64,000 nucleotides of DNA from Amphiscolops sp. MND2022 (taxonomy: Eukaryota): assembly GCA_964187785.1 (NCBI GenBank), contig OZ076409.1, forward strand, positions 80,292,001 through 80,356,000, in the 5' to 3' direction. Positions 39,201-51,849 of this stretch are shown piece after piece. Positions within the stretch are counted from its first letter, which is position 1. Each line of letters starts with the position of its first letter. The translations under genes were made by a program, and so were the position numbers. A model generated the notes under the pieces. It did no database searches and was not told the DNA's origin. It saw nothing but the letters and a program-made list of their open reading frames with translations.

Positions 39201-42200
39201 CATTTGATATGCAGACTGAAGACAAAAGCACACGACACGTGTTACTTTCCAAAGCGTTCACGTTATGATTTTCAGTTCAGCTGACAGGGTCATTTTGCAT
39301 GTACACTTTAACAGTGTTTCAGACAGGATTGGGTTGTTGCGAAGTGCGCAAGGCCTAAAGTTGACGACAATCATAAATGGGTTGGTGCCACGGCTAGTCC
39401 ACAAAGTTGGAAAAATATTTTTGAAAAATTTTCAGCTAATCATTTGCCCCTCGTGAGTATGCTGATATGATTTGATTGAAAAACTTTTTCGATTTCAAAT
39501 CAATTTTCTAAAAGCAATTCTTATAGCCTATCTTAATACATGTACTTCAGTGTTTATAGACACAAAATATAGTGCATTGTTTCTGATTCGAAACAAATTC
39601 TCGATCAAAATAATTCAATAGGCTCGGGAGATTATAGGGAGTCTCCGAACGAAAAAAAAATTTAATTCTAAGCTACTCAATTTTCGAAAAAAACTCAAAT
39701 TTAAAATTAAAATTTTCTAAAATTTGCATTCCCTAACTTTTTTAGTATGGGTCGTAGAAATTTCAAACAAACATTTTTGTAAACTAGAGCAAATTCGAAG
39801 AAACTTTTGTAGCTGGCAAATTTTTGTATTTTGGTATTTGGTTATTTGGTATTTGGTACAGAACGAGATATTTGGTTTTGAATTTGCCATTTTAAGCAAT
39901 GAGGTTGCGATATTTTAGAACGCTACTGTAGAAACTTGATTTACTGCAATGAGAAGCAAATTTCATCTCCAGATTCCAGATGAAAATTTGATCATAGTAA
40001 CATTGAATTGAAATATTTGACATGAAACAAATTGAGGACATACCTGTAGCGCATCCTAGCAACAGCAGAGCTTCCATATCTGAAGAGGATTCCTTTCACG
40101 TTGTCGCTCAATTTGTTTGAGGCTTCGTCATGAGTGGCTAGTATGACAATTGACTTGGGACTTATGCTCATGAGGGCTTGGTACAAATTGTCCGAATCCA
40201 CTTTCCGATCATACGTATCGTACACTTCGTACCTAAAACATGTTTGTAAAAAATGGTTCGTGGCCTCTAGTTTAAGACATCGAATACTAGATGTCATTGG
40301 TACATCCATTGATTCAAACCGAACGGGATCCTCTCATCGGTCAAAGTCAGTCAGTTCGAATCGAAACTGAATCCGAGAATAGTTTTGAAAACGTCGTCGT
40401 GAAATTTGAAATTTATAATACTCGTTTTTCAAAGGCTAGAATTAGCAAAAAATGCTGAATTGGAGCGATCATTCAAGAACTACGGTCACGTTGGCGAAGG
40501 GGATGTTTTTCAGCAGGGAGTTACCCGTGCTTCAATAGATGGCAATTTGAAGCCGAAGCAAGCATCTGAATAAGTGCCGCCGAGTAGAGCCAAGTGAGAT
40601 TTAAAAGCAAGCGATAACCTGCAAAGACAATTCGTAAACCATAGTGCATAACTGAAGCTGTCCAATGCATGTGTCGAGTCCGCAGAGCGGCATTAGGGCA
40701 TGTACAACTCATCAATACAAGCATCTGGATTCATGCAAATACTGTAAAACTACAGTAGACTTCGGATAATCGAATATCGGCTAATCCAATATTTCGGGTA
40801 AACGAATAAAATTTTCAATCCCCAGCTGTATAGAACATACTAGCATGTTTTCGTTTAATCGAATATTTCGCTGAATCGAATATTTTTTGCCGGTCCCGCC
40901 AGTATTCGATTAGCCGAAGTCTACTGTATTGCTATACAAATTCAAATAAAACATTTCAGAGCTTGTTCTCATATGACTCTTGAAAAACTACCGCAATACA
41001 TGTGATTCATGTAAGTACCCCGGAAATGCTTGACACGTAAACCTTGAGAAGCTAAACCAAACGTAAGTAGAATAAGGCAGGGCTAGACAGTTTCTCGAAA
41101 TCCGCAACTAAAAATAAAAGTCATGTAGTTACTCTTTGTATCTATTAACTATGAAGAAAGTGCTCGGCGGCATATCACAGGCAGAAAAGCTGGCCAGTTC
41201 TAGCAACGTTTCAGCTCACCCATGGATATTCATCTTTTCCGGTCAGCGTTTGCACGTGAAAAAAAAAATCAAATATAGCCTTACTTGTGTAATTCCCAAG
41301 CAGGCGAGAATACCATGAGATGCAGACCTCTTCCTAGTTTGTGTCTGCTATTCGAGTACTTGATCGTCCTGCCATTGACACAGTATTCAGGAAAGTTGTC
41401 CCCGTTGGAAGTGGAGAATACATTGACTGGCACAGAATTTGAATTGCACTTGATTACACTAGAATTAGCCGAAAACATTTCGGAAGGTTTTACATAGCAT
41501 TCGAGACCCTGTGAACTTTGACCCACCAACGATTCCTTCGCCGAGATTTTAGCAATGGTCTTTTCATTGGCGATGAGCTGAGAGTAATTACTCAGGCACA
41601 AACTTTTGTGGACTTTATCGAGAAACGTGGTCGAGGCCTCGGCTATTAGCTGTCTCTTCTTTTTGCTGTAGAGACCGTAATAGAGATTGCCCGACTTCAT
41701 CCGGATGAAGATCTGTGAACCGAAGAGACGCACCACTTCGTCTGAAAAACGAAATAAACTACTAAAATGCTGTTATGTTGCGGTGTAGGAAATAACTAAA
41801 TTGCAGAGTCACGCGAAATGAAAAAGTTAGCGCACAGAAAATTTTAAAAATCCAGATATTCTCGCGAATCTTGCAGAAACTAAAGATTATTTGCAAAGCC
41901 ATGGATTTGAAATTTGCGATTTTGACAAAGGGCATTCACAAAACCAGCAACCTGGATGAAAAGTCAACAATTCATGTTCGCTCAATTATTGCTCAATCAT
42001 TTTCTGAGCAAATCTTTATTTAAATGTCAATAGAATCTATCGCAGGAAATTTCACTGGGCAATTATTTTAAAAATAGGCCCCTCCGGGGCTCAGTACTAT
42101 TTCTGCTTTAATCTTTATTTTTTTTTAAACAAAAAATTCATTAATAAAAGAATCATATCTGGAATACCAATACACTCTTGTTTAATCATTATTTAGCGCA

Positions 42201-45004
42201 CAATTACATGTAATCACTGTACAAGTTTACACCGCCTTTAATTCTTCCCGGACTAAAGAAAATATAACTACTAAGCGTAGACGAAGTTTCGCATTCGCAT
42301 TTGAATGCAGGCGAAGCTCTCAACGAACGAATAATTAACACTCATTCGCTTCATCTCAATAACTCGGGGCAACGAAAGCACAATTACGAACATTCGCTCG
42401 CTTCATCTCAATGACGTCAGCATACGAATGGATAATTACCACTCGCTCGTTCCATCGCACTAGAATTGAATTTAAATCTCTCGCTTACACTCACTGCCGA
42501 ACAAAATATCGGAATTATTCAGATCGTCCGAAAAATTGTACTGAAAAAAAAATAAGTAGACATTTTCGGATTTCAATAATATTCCTGCTAAAGCAGAAAT
42601 ATTAACAAGTCAGCAGAATTTTCATTCGATTTGCTTAAAATGAAAACAACTCATTCAATGATCCATATCTTTCATCTTCCAGAAAAACTATCCTCAAACA
42701 GATTTTGGGAGCCGAAACTAATAATTAGCATTACTCATGAAGATTCTGACATCACTCACGTAAGCTTTCGACATTAACTACTCCCAACTGAGTTTAATTA
42801 AGTTGAAATCTGGTTTTCTGAAGAATCGAAGGGTCTAAACTGAAGATACTTACTCTGCAGGTCCTCAGCCGGTGTCTCAACTCCAGTGTAGGCCAGAACA
42901 AGCAGGTGACTGGATTCAGGAGTCTCGTCGATAAAGTCTGATATTTTGAACACATTGTCGGACCCGTAGCTCTTGATGAAAGTACGCAAGTTCTGAGATC
43001 CCACGTCATCTTTCTCATCTTCGGGAACTTTCTGAGTCAGAAGACTGTAGCTCGATGGAATTTCAATAATGTGAAAAAATGTCGAAAGATTGGGAATAGT
43101 TACAACTCCTATGCTCCGTCCTAAAATAAAATGGGGTACTCAAATTTTAACCCGACCGGACGGTTAAAATATTTTCACTCTTCCCTTTTTTATTACTGAG
43201 GCTAGTATCTAATCGACGTTTTTTGAAAAACAAGACGAGACTGTCTGAATTTGGCGCCCCACTTAAGGTTCAAAATGTGCGAAGAATCACTTTTAGGAAG
43301 GCTGACACTCTAATTTTATAGTTTTTCATGTTTCCAGATAAAGAAAAACTTTTAGTAGCACGAAAGCTTTTTAAATAGTGATTCCCTACGCTTTTCGAGC
43401 CTTACAGCTCCCACAAAAGAGACGACTCAAAACTAAGGATACATCTCAAACTTTTACAACATTCTGCAATTAGGACCTGAGCAGCGACGAGATATGGACG
43501 ATGTAGTCTTGTTAGGAAAAACAAAAATGACAGACTCGTTAAACCTTTCGCAATAAAGCTGGGGAACATTATTCAAAGAATTGTTATTTTCCGCCCATAT
43601 TTCATATGGGAAAGGAAAATATTTAAATCAAACGGGTTTTTTTTTACAAAATTTGCCAAGAAATATTGTTTACGTAATATGAAGAAGTACATTCACAGAA
43701 TTCAACTGACATCAATTTAGTTCCATGCGATATGTATTTGTAAAGATTTTTGGACTTTTTTGGGAATGACGGAAATGACCCCATAATGACCCAAAAATGA
43801 CCCCGAAAATGACAAAAATTCAAAACTTTCCCAATTTTCACCGTTTTCGTGCATTATTTGCCATTTTTTCGATAAACATCGTCGATTAGAATGTTGAAAA
43901 CGTTCAACAAGGCACGAATTCGTTGTCCAATAGTATTCTGAAGAGATACATGCGGTGTTTTAAAAGAAAAATTACCAAAAAAATGACAAAAATTCCAAAT
44001 TTGTTTGACTTTTAACGTTTTAATGCAATTTTTGTCATTTTTTCGATAAACATCGTGGATTAGAATGTTGAAAACGTTCAACAAGGCACGAATTTGTTGT
44101 CCAATAGTATTCTTCAAGGAGATAAATGCGTTTTTTCAAAAAAATTACCCCAAAAATGATAAAAAAAATTCCAAAATTTTTCGATTTTTAACGTTTTTAT
44201 GCAATTTTTGTCAAATTTTCGATAGACTTCGTGGATTAGAATGTTGAAAACGCTCAACGTGACAGGAATGGCAGGAATTCGTTGTCCAATATGCTTTTCC
44301 GAAGAGATAATGGCTGTTTTCTAAATGAAAAATATATCAAATTCAAACCAAAAATGACAAAAAACCCAAAATTTTCCAAATTTCAAAGTTTTTATGCAAT
44401 TTTTGTCGAATTTTCGACAGACTTCGTAGATTGGAATGTTGAAAAGAGTCAACAAGGAACAAATTTGTTGTCCAGTAGTCTTTTTCGAAGAGATTTGAGG
44501 CGGAAAATATCCCGCTGGTCCGCGGGCGTCTTGTTGTAATTTGATCGAAAACTTTGGTCCAATCAAGGTTTCTTAATGTTGATACACTCAATATAAGCCA
44601 AATGCCCTTAAACTTTTCTTTTAAAAATAACATTCAATATCACCGAAGCCTTAGGAAATAACTATTCGAAGAAACCAGGGATGCGTTTGCTGAGAAATCC
44701 TCAGAAAAACTAGTTTTTCCAAAAAAATATTCGAAAGAGTTGAATACGCCAGTGACTCACCACTAGAGCACAACACGACGGACTTGCTGACGACTTCTCC
44801 CAAAATGTCCAAATTGAACTCGGATCTGTAGCAATAGTTATCCACAGCAGCGCAGTTGACATAGCCTTTTGAGTCCTTGAGTGGTAGCTTTTTGCGAGGC
44901 AAGAGATTTCCTATTTTGTCCTCAATGTGACTGCACACATAGGCAAACACAAAAAGGAGTAGCACCAGAAGCACCGATTTCTTTCTCACCTTGATTTTGA
45001 CCAT
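33253..45004 (-). CDS. POMGNT1-like / GT13-family type II membrane glycosyltransferase-like protein with ILEI/PANDER-type stem (8 coding exons, 883 aa)
   Basis: Exons 45004-44761, 43120-42854, 41741-41285, 40232-40044, 36195-35949, 35555-35422, 34570-33963, 33758-33253. Introns are GT-AG and phase-consistent; total 2652 nt. Basic N-terminus plus TM (MVKIKVRKKSVLLVLLLFVFAYVC). ILEI motifs GRGLHLMVF, YDTY, ILATHDEAS, YRDSWVFVGQKG. GT13-like motifs PDFLHY, SVAGWNPNS, RVDNFPLYGWVL, IPALSRV. The last acceptor (AAG at 33759-33761) is weak. Confidence 0.82.
38862..39928. mobile_element. Non-autonomous TA-flanked element with ~190-bp TIRs
   Basis: 38862-39050 is the reverse complement of about 39720-39928, with TA on both sides. 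A related arm fragment lies at about 4540-4670. Confidence 0.7.
40753..40926. mobile_element. TA-flanked pogo/Tigger-like MITE
   Basis: TIR CAGTAGACTTCGG(A/C)TAATCGAATA at both ends, with TA duplication. Confidence 0.8.
42071..42605 (-). mobile_element. Helentron-like non-autonomous element, family B (uninterrupted copy)
   Basis: Same termini as 20988-21777; provides the empty site for two insertions elsewhere. Confidence 0.65.
43584..44535 (+). mobile_element. Helentron-like element, family C, carrying a ~175-bp tandem array
   Basis: 5' TATTTTCCGCCCATAT-TTC-ATATGGGAAAGGAAAATA; 3' GGCGGAAAATA, hairpin CCCGC-TGGTCC-GCGGG, then CGTCTTGTT. Internal units start at about 43894, 44068, 44244 and 44439. 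Confidence 0.65.
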
Positions 45005-45691
45005 TCTCGCGATCAACCAATACCGATCAAGGACTGTGTGCAAGAAGTAAGAGTGGTGACAGTGAGCTGCGCAGCATCATGAATAATCTGAAAACATGGT
45101 TCTTGCTTCGGGCTGTTTTTCGGCAGATGAATTATATGCATACGTGGTATTGACGCAACAACTTTCAATCATAACTTTTTGCATCCGTATGTCGCTGAAA
45201 CAATGACAGAAAAATGAAGATGTTTTCAACACTAATGCCTAATATTCTCACGTAGATACCGCACTTACGCGAACATCGCATGTAATACAATTTATCGGTA
45301 ATTCAACTTTTGCAAAAAAGTTTCAAAGAATAGGCAAAAGGCTAAAAAACGCCAAAATGTTTTTCGCTAGCTATCGATTGTAAACATCAAAATTAGCTCT
45401 AAAAGGAGTGTCAACTATCAACTTCGCATACTCTAATACATGCATATTTATGAGCTCGAAACATCACTCGACTAGAATATAAAGGACTGAAAAATATTCT
45501 TAGGGAGAGCGGGAAAAACAAAGAAGAGTTTTAAGTTCAAATGTGCCATGAAAGCTTGAAGTTTCAAGTCAGATCAATCAACGAAAAGTTTCACTTTCTA
45601 TATCTCAACAAAACTATTTCATCAACTGCACTGATGCAGATTCAAGTGCAACAGAAAACAAAGAGGAATCAAGCAGACTACACGAGCTTTT

Positions 45692-45937
45692 CTAGTCATC
45701 CGTCACAAAAAGAACTTCACGGAAAATGGCATCGCTGACTTCTTCGGGTTCCATGATGATTTCCAACTCCTCGAACTTTCTTACATACTTCTCCGGAAGG
45801 TTCGGGCTCAACAAAATTTTAGGACCAACCAAATACCTCAGCCGTGTTTCCTCGTTTTGACTGACGATCAATTGAAGGGCTAAGATAGTAAACACGATGC
45901 AAGCTCCAGTCAGGGCCTTCAAGTAACATTTGGGCAT
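45692..45937 (-). CDS. Small ORF (81 aa) with an N-terminal signal/anchor, between TMEM19 and the POMGNT1-like gene; possibly spliced
   Basis: ATG in an ACCATG context, hydrophobic stretch ALTGACIVFTILALQLIV, and strong internal donor-like sites (GTATGT, GTAAGA near 45780). No recognisable family. Confidence 0.35.
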   Translation of the reverse strand: MPKCYLKALTGACIVFTILALQLIVSQNEETRLRYLVGPKILLSPNLPEKYVRKFEELEIIMEPEEVSDAIFREVLFVTDD

Positions 45938-46321
45938 GGTTCTACAACTCGGGAGTGCTTATACCATAGTTTGAAAATTTTATACCCTGGTTTCTAGTGA
46001 CCCATAGAAAATCTAGAACATAATTCGACTACGTAGCCCATGTCACTTCATCACAAATGATTCTTGCTGAGAGAGCAAAATTATGCGGCAAACCGGTGTA
46101 GTGACTCATGAAATTTCCCTAGGCCGCTTCTATCTTATTTTATAAACCACCTGACTGTCTAAAATGATGGTCAACGGGGGAATAATAATCTTTCAAAAAA
46201 CTAGCTTTTCAAACAAAAGTTATCATTTGGAATACCTTGGAATTTGAAATACAAAGTATGCTTCATATGATAAACGACTATCTAAACGTAAACGAATTTG
46301 AATAATTTGAAAGAAGGACTT

Positions 46322-48620
46322 TCATTTAGCTGTGAATAATTTCATACAAAAAGCAAATGAAGGCATAATTAACACAGAAGTTAGGAATGTAGAAAGTGCA
46401 TTGACAGCGTTATTGCTGAGAACAGGAATACCCGAAATAGTCAAAGTATAGGTCGATGGATCATTTGCTACTTTCATATTTCGTTGATCCACACCACTGT
46501 ATTGCAGCAAGGCACCCAAGTACGAATCGACCATAGAACCGATGAAACCACTGAGCGAGCAGAAAAGACACAGGCTAAACATCAACTCTTGAGACCATAG
46601 ACTGGAACCAGATGACAGGAATGCTGCTAAACCGATAGCTAATCCACCAAACAGCGAAGCTAGCTGAAAAAATGTCTCAAATTGACTTTCAGTAGCATAT
46701 ACACTTACACTTGTATTTTTCTAGTGCCCAATGTCCGATTATTTCAGAGTAGAAACCAGATGAGAAGTCAAGAGAAACTCCCAAGGTGAAATTTAAAAAG
46801 AAACTTCCAGATGGTAAGAAGAGGACATTGAGCAAAATCCGACTCACCAATCCACATGTTGATACTGCTCCATTAGTACCGGCTGGAACCTTTCTGAAGC
46901 TGGTAACTAATCTCGGAGTGTCAGATCCAATGGCGGTACCAACTTCAGAGGCCCAAGTGTCGCCGCAACTGCAGCTTATTGCCGACAAAGCAGTCAAATA
47001 AATCCTCGAGCACCTGAAACAATGCGAAATTAATTACAAACACACGAGTAATTGAAATTGAAACAGAAACACCAACTTGTAATTCGGCCCGAAATCAATA
47101 TCACGGAAATTGGAGCCACACTCGTAAACTAAACAAAAACACAAATCATATCAAACAAAGAAAACAACACTTCGAATTTTTTCCGAAAAGAATTACATGG
47201 AGATTGATGAAAACCACAGCCACGAAGGTAATCTTGTGCATTGATAAATTAGACTTGTAATGGTACTGTTTCATTTGATTAGTTCGCAGGAAATTTTCTC
47301 AGTAAACCCTGTCTGGTTTAGGTAACAGGTCTAGATTGATATCCGAGTCTACATTCACAAGTTTTCGGTTCAGAATAGCTTTAACCTGGTACGATTACAC
47401 AATCTTCATCTAACCTAAAAGTAAACAGCAGACGTACGGTATAGCTCCATTGGTCAGAACTTGCCAAAAGTCCCGACAACCGTCAACTTCATAATTCAAT
47501 TGTAATTGAGCCTGAAGAAAAAACATAAAGTATACTAAGGGACAAAAGTACAGTAGAATCCGCCTAATTCGTATCGCTAGGGACCGAATAAAATGGTACG
47601 AATAGTGAGAAATACGAATTAACAGGATGATACTAACTTGGTCGTCACAAAATGGGTCTAAGATGCGTACGAATTAGGCGAAGATCCGAATTAACCGAAG
47701 TTGACTGTAACTAGAAAAAAACTATACTAAGGGACAGAAGTAACTACACACTAACGTTTTTTAATGTTTACAACAGTCAACAGAATTTTAGTTATTCAAT
47801 ATCGCTCCGCCGTTAGAAATGGTACACTGTAGGCGTTACGATTCCGGATGCCATACTTCTTCAGATCATTATTTTTGCCGATATACCGAACTCGTGACTC
47901 ACTTCTACGACAGCCTTATTGGTCCTGAACCCCCCGCATCAAAAGTCGTTCTGATCTCCCGCTAATGACTTTGGGTCGTCCACATCGTTGACGGTCCTTC
48001 ACACCACCGGTTAGGCGGTACCTGACTCGAAGATTAAAGATAGTTTTCCCTGAGCATCCAAAAACTGCAATATCGGTGTCTGATTGGCCCATATCAAGCC
48101 GGCCGACAATTTGGCTTCTTTCAAAAAGTGTTAGTTTTGGTATTCGAGTTAGTTTTCAACTTTTTGGTAAAGATTTCGCGGAAAAATGAACGAAACGTGT
48201 TGAAACTTCCGTTTACGGTTTCATTTTCGATCAAAATTTGAAATCTACAAGTGGGAAGTAACTTTTGTCCCTTAGTATAAATTGTTCTCGAATGAAACAC
48301 AAGTCGAGATTAGATACCTTGCGCAAAGCTTTCCACTTGGTCAATCGGTTGCTGGTGATGTAAAAGGTTAGTAAAGAAACAAACAGCGAAACGTCAGCGA
48401 TGCATGTACACATTCCCATCCAGAAAGCGAGAATAGCGCCATTCAAGGATAATTTACGCTTTTTAATGGCCCTCACTGCAATCAAAATCGGCAATACAAC
48501 ATTCAAAACGAAACGTGTAGGGCTGAGAATTTCGAAGCCATGATCACTGGCGCGACGAAATAAGTGCACAAACCATACGATGTTCAAAAAGGATAACACA
48601 GCTATGAAAAAGTTAGTCAT
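46322..48620 (-). CDS. TMEM19: Transmembrane protein 19 (DUF92 family), 5 coding exons, 319 aa
   Basis: Exons 48620-48318, 47511-47415, 47128-47077, 47013-46848, 46663-46322; phases are consistent and total 960 nt. A 5'UTR intron lies at 48695-48630. Motifs: KLSLNGAILAF, RDFWQVLTNG, GDTWASEVG, VPAGTNGAVS, GSMVDSYLGALLQYSG, LSNNAVN. Confidence 0.93.
47551..47707. mobile_element. TA-flanked Tc1/mariner-type MITE
   Basis: TA|CAGTAGAATCCG...AAGTTGACTG|TA. Confidence 0.65.
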
Positions 48621-48955
48621 TATTGAAAGCTGCAATGTCAGGTTTGAGCACTCCTTATGACCATTTCCAGAGCTCCATATGGATACATTTCTTACCACAT
48701 TCTAAAAAATCCACATTCAACCATGTTTCAAATGAAACAAACTAGAGAAAGGTTTGGATTCTGATATGTGGCTAGTCTGCTTGTCGAATTTGTCACTACC
48801 GTTAATCCGTTGAGAAAAAAATCGCGCTTTCTTTTCAGGCAGGCAAATCCTGCTTTTTGCGAACAGCACCAATGGATTCAGGTCTAAATTGAAAACACTT
48901 GAACATCTCACTCCAATACCTGAAAGTTTTCATTTCGGTCAAAAAAATTGCGTCT

Positions 48956-49168
48956 ATGCCAATACAGGGAAAGTTCCAAGGCAAGTTATTCCTTGGAGGG
49001 AACGATCTTTACAACGGATTCGAACCTTCCCTAGATTCTCTTCAAAAAGCTGCCGCCCGCCGCTTGATCGAACTGGAACATTTCGATTTTAGCTGGAAAG
49101 CAAACTGGAAGCAAAGTTTCCATTTGGAATACCTGAGGGGGACAAAACCAGTATCAGAGCAAGTCAAG
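48956..49168 (+). CDS. Candidate first coding exon of a gene divergent from TMEM19
   Basis: 71 open codons from ATG (MPIQGKFQGKLFLGGN...) ending at AAG|GTAACG, about 335 bp from the TMEM19 ATG. Downstream exons were not identified. Confidence 0.3.
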
Positions 49169-49568
49169 GTAACGCTATTCTCAACGCTAGAGATAACCCC
49201 CAAACACAATGTTCAAGTCAAGTGAAAAGATCACAATTTTGTTTGTTTATTATGAGGATTTGCAGCATATAGATGAAAGGCGCTGGTCCCCAGTGGTGAC
49301 AAAGCGTCACATGTTTCTGCACAAATTGCCATCACAAAAGCCTAATTCTTGTGATAAACTTATTAAATAGGTGTGTTATGTAAGCCAGACAATTCTGGAT
49401 TGGGTAGCCCTAATTCTAGTTAGGGATTTCAGCAGCCGACATTGTACGATTCACAGCTCTTGAGCTTTTACATTATACAGTGGTGCGGCGAGGCACAGGA
49501 AGGAGCAACCTACATCCATTACCGGGGTAACGATTGGAAACTCGCAATCGAGTTGCAAAACTGCCGCA

Positions 49569-50420
49569 ATGAAAGGTTGGACTGAATGGAATCGATTGAA
49601 ACCTTTTTGTAATAACAATAATGGGCTCAATCTGAAATCAATCATGAAGCTGTACAAAGCCACGATTGAATCAAAGATGTTGTATGGACTTCCAGCTTGG
49701 TTTTGCGACGATCTGAAGCTAGTCAGTGATGTCAGAAAATCCGTGATTCAAGCAGCCACTGGTGCTTTCTGTCACCCAGCTAACAATGTATTGGAGTCAA
49801 TAGCGGGTTGCAGTCCGATGCACATCTTTGCCGAAGTTATTGTTGTCAAGTTCCTCTGTAAACTCTTTCTCTCTAACGACAGTCTCTCACATTATATCGC
49901 GCTAGAGGAAAATCGTTCACCAAAAATTCGATCAGATTTTGTTAAACTCCGGAGATTTCTGGCCTGGAAATTCAATGTTAGAACACCTCGCTTAGTGTCC
50001 CTTGAACAATGTTGTCTCACAGATTTTTTATACAGTCAACGTAAAATGCAGAAGTATGAACAACACCTACTGCAACGCTACTGGGAGAACCAAAGTGATC
50101 ATAAGAATTGCGAACTGTTGAGTGCTTCACTGCTCTCGAAAACGAATATCAGGAGATCGACAGAGGTTTTCATTTTCCAACTTTTTACTGGACACTGCCA
50201 GCTGAAAGGGTTTCTCTACAAAGCCTGGAAAGCCGAGTCACCTAAATGTGCTTGTGGCGAAAATGAAGAAACTGTCGAACACTTTGTTTTACAATGCCAG
50301 AATTACTCAGACATCAGAAATAAATTCAACCTCCCTTGTAACCTTGAAGAAGCTTTCCGTCACCCCTGTCTAGGAAGTTATATTGAAGAAACTCGGCGAT
50401 TTACAACAACTGACATTTAA
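49569..50420 (+). mobile_element. Non-LTR retrotransposon ORF2 3' fragment
   Basis: Post-RT motif LYKATIESKMLYGLPAW and C-terminal zinc motif TGH..CACGENEETVEHFVLQC. Confidence 0.8.
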
Positions 50421-50456
50421 CCTACACTTTTCTCTTTATTTCACTGCATATATTTG

Positions 50457-50656
50457 NNNNNNNNNNNNNNNNNNNNNNNNNNNNNNNNNNNNNNNNNNNN
50501 NNNNNNNNNNNNNNNNNNNNNNNNNNNNNNNNNNNNNNNNNNNNNNNNNNNNNNNNNNNNNNNNNNNNNNNNNNNNNNNNNNNNNNNNNNNNNNNNNNNN
50601 NNNNNNNNNNNNNNNNNNNNNNNNNNNNNNNNNNNNNNNNNNNNNNNNNNNNNNNN
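50457..50656. other. Assembly gap (200 N)
   Basis: Run of N. Confidence 1.
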
Positions 50657-51089
50657 ATTTTTTCGAAGAATTCAATCTTTTCCGAAGACTCTGAATTTTC
50701 AACTTGAAAGATGACAACTAGAAGTCAGAAGAGAAAAGCTATAACTGAGTTAGCTTCCGGAGATTTTGAAGTTTCTGTAACTGAGAATCATCCGACTGAA
50801 AACATAATAGCTGGAACTAGTAAAGCCGCTAGAATAAAGACTGAGAATCTTGAGGAGATAAAAACATCCCTGAGAAAAGAAATCATGTAAGATCTGACCA
50901 AAATACTCGCGGAAAAACCAAAAGGAAATGCTTAAACTGATAGCACCATTGAATAGAAAACAACCATCTTGTTTAAACGACCAGGATTCGGATTCTGAAC
51001 CTGGAGAAGTTTCCGTGACAAGAACGTCCACACCCATAAAATCAAATACTGCGACTATTCCTAAAACAACACCGGTAAATAGTCGTAAC
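50657..51089 (+). mobile_element. Putative LTR fragment carrying a gag-like N-terminus
   Basis: MTTRSQKRKA...STPIKS..PVNSRN; similarity to the 59068 copy ends at CGTAAC. Confidence 0.5.
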
Positions 51090-51849
51090 CGACACTTTGA
51101 CTTCTCCTCTTCATTTGGTTCTCCTTTCTTCAAGGGCTATAGAAATCCCTTCAACAACGACGAACTAAACGTCAAAAACCAAATCAAAAAGGAGACTCCG
51201 TACTGGAAACACAAAGAACAAAACAACGGTGGCAGTTTAAGGGGTTTACTTCTGGAACTGACAGCTATCGCTGTCCAGGCCCTATAGGAATTACTCCAAA
51301 ACATGTTGATTCTCCAATGGCACCGTACAATAAGTTGATTCTCCAATTCTACATGTAGAATGCTTTGACGTTCTGGAAATAGTCTCAGGTGGTACCGGAT
51401 AAACCAAAACCCTGAGCTTTCTCTTTGTTTTAGGTGGATGTTAAACGTGAAAATGACCTGAACTTGTCGAAAGAAGATATGAGGTTATGAAACGTAACAC
51501 GAAAGCGTCTCGTGCAGCTGTCACTTTGAGCTGATTGTCCTGTCCAATTCAAACAGGTTTGGTGCGCTGGGGAAAATGAATTGTTGCTGTGCCATTCCTG
51601 TGTCGGAAACCGTTTTCGTGAGACTTTCATTCGAAAAAAAACTGTAGCGGGTGTTGAGAAAGTGAATATTGGATATATGTATACGAATGAACGTCTCATG
51701 ATTACGGTTTCCGACACAGGATTGGCACAGTAAAAATTCATTTTCCCCAGCGCACCAAACCTGGGCACCAAACCTACATATTCTAATAACCCCAATTTGT
51801 GGGAGGGTGTTTACTGTATAATTGGTACAAAGAAAGCATTGAGAGTTGG

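Noticed and set aside
45028..45088. In-frame TGA upstream of the POMGNT1-like ATG (DYS*CCAAHCHH) as selenocysteine or readthrough
   Set aside because: No SECIS identified, and the ATG at 45004 already gives a proper type II membrane N-terminus.
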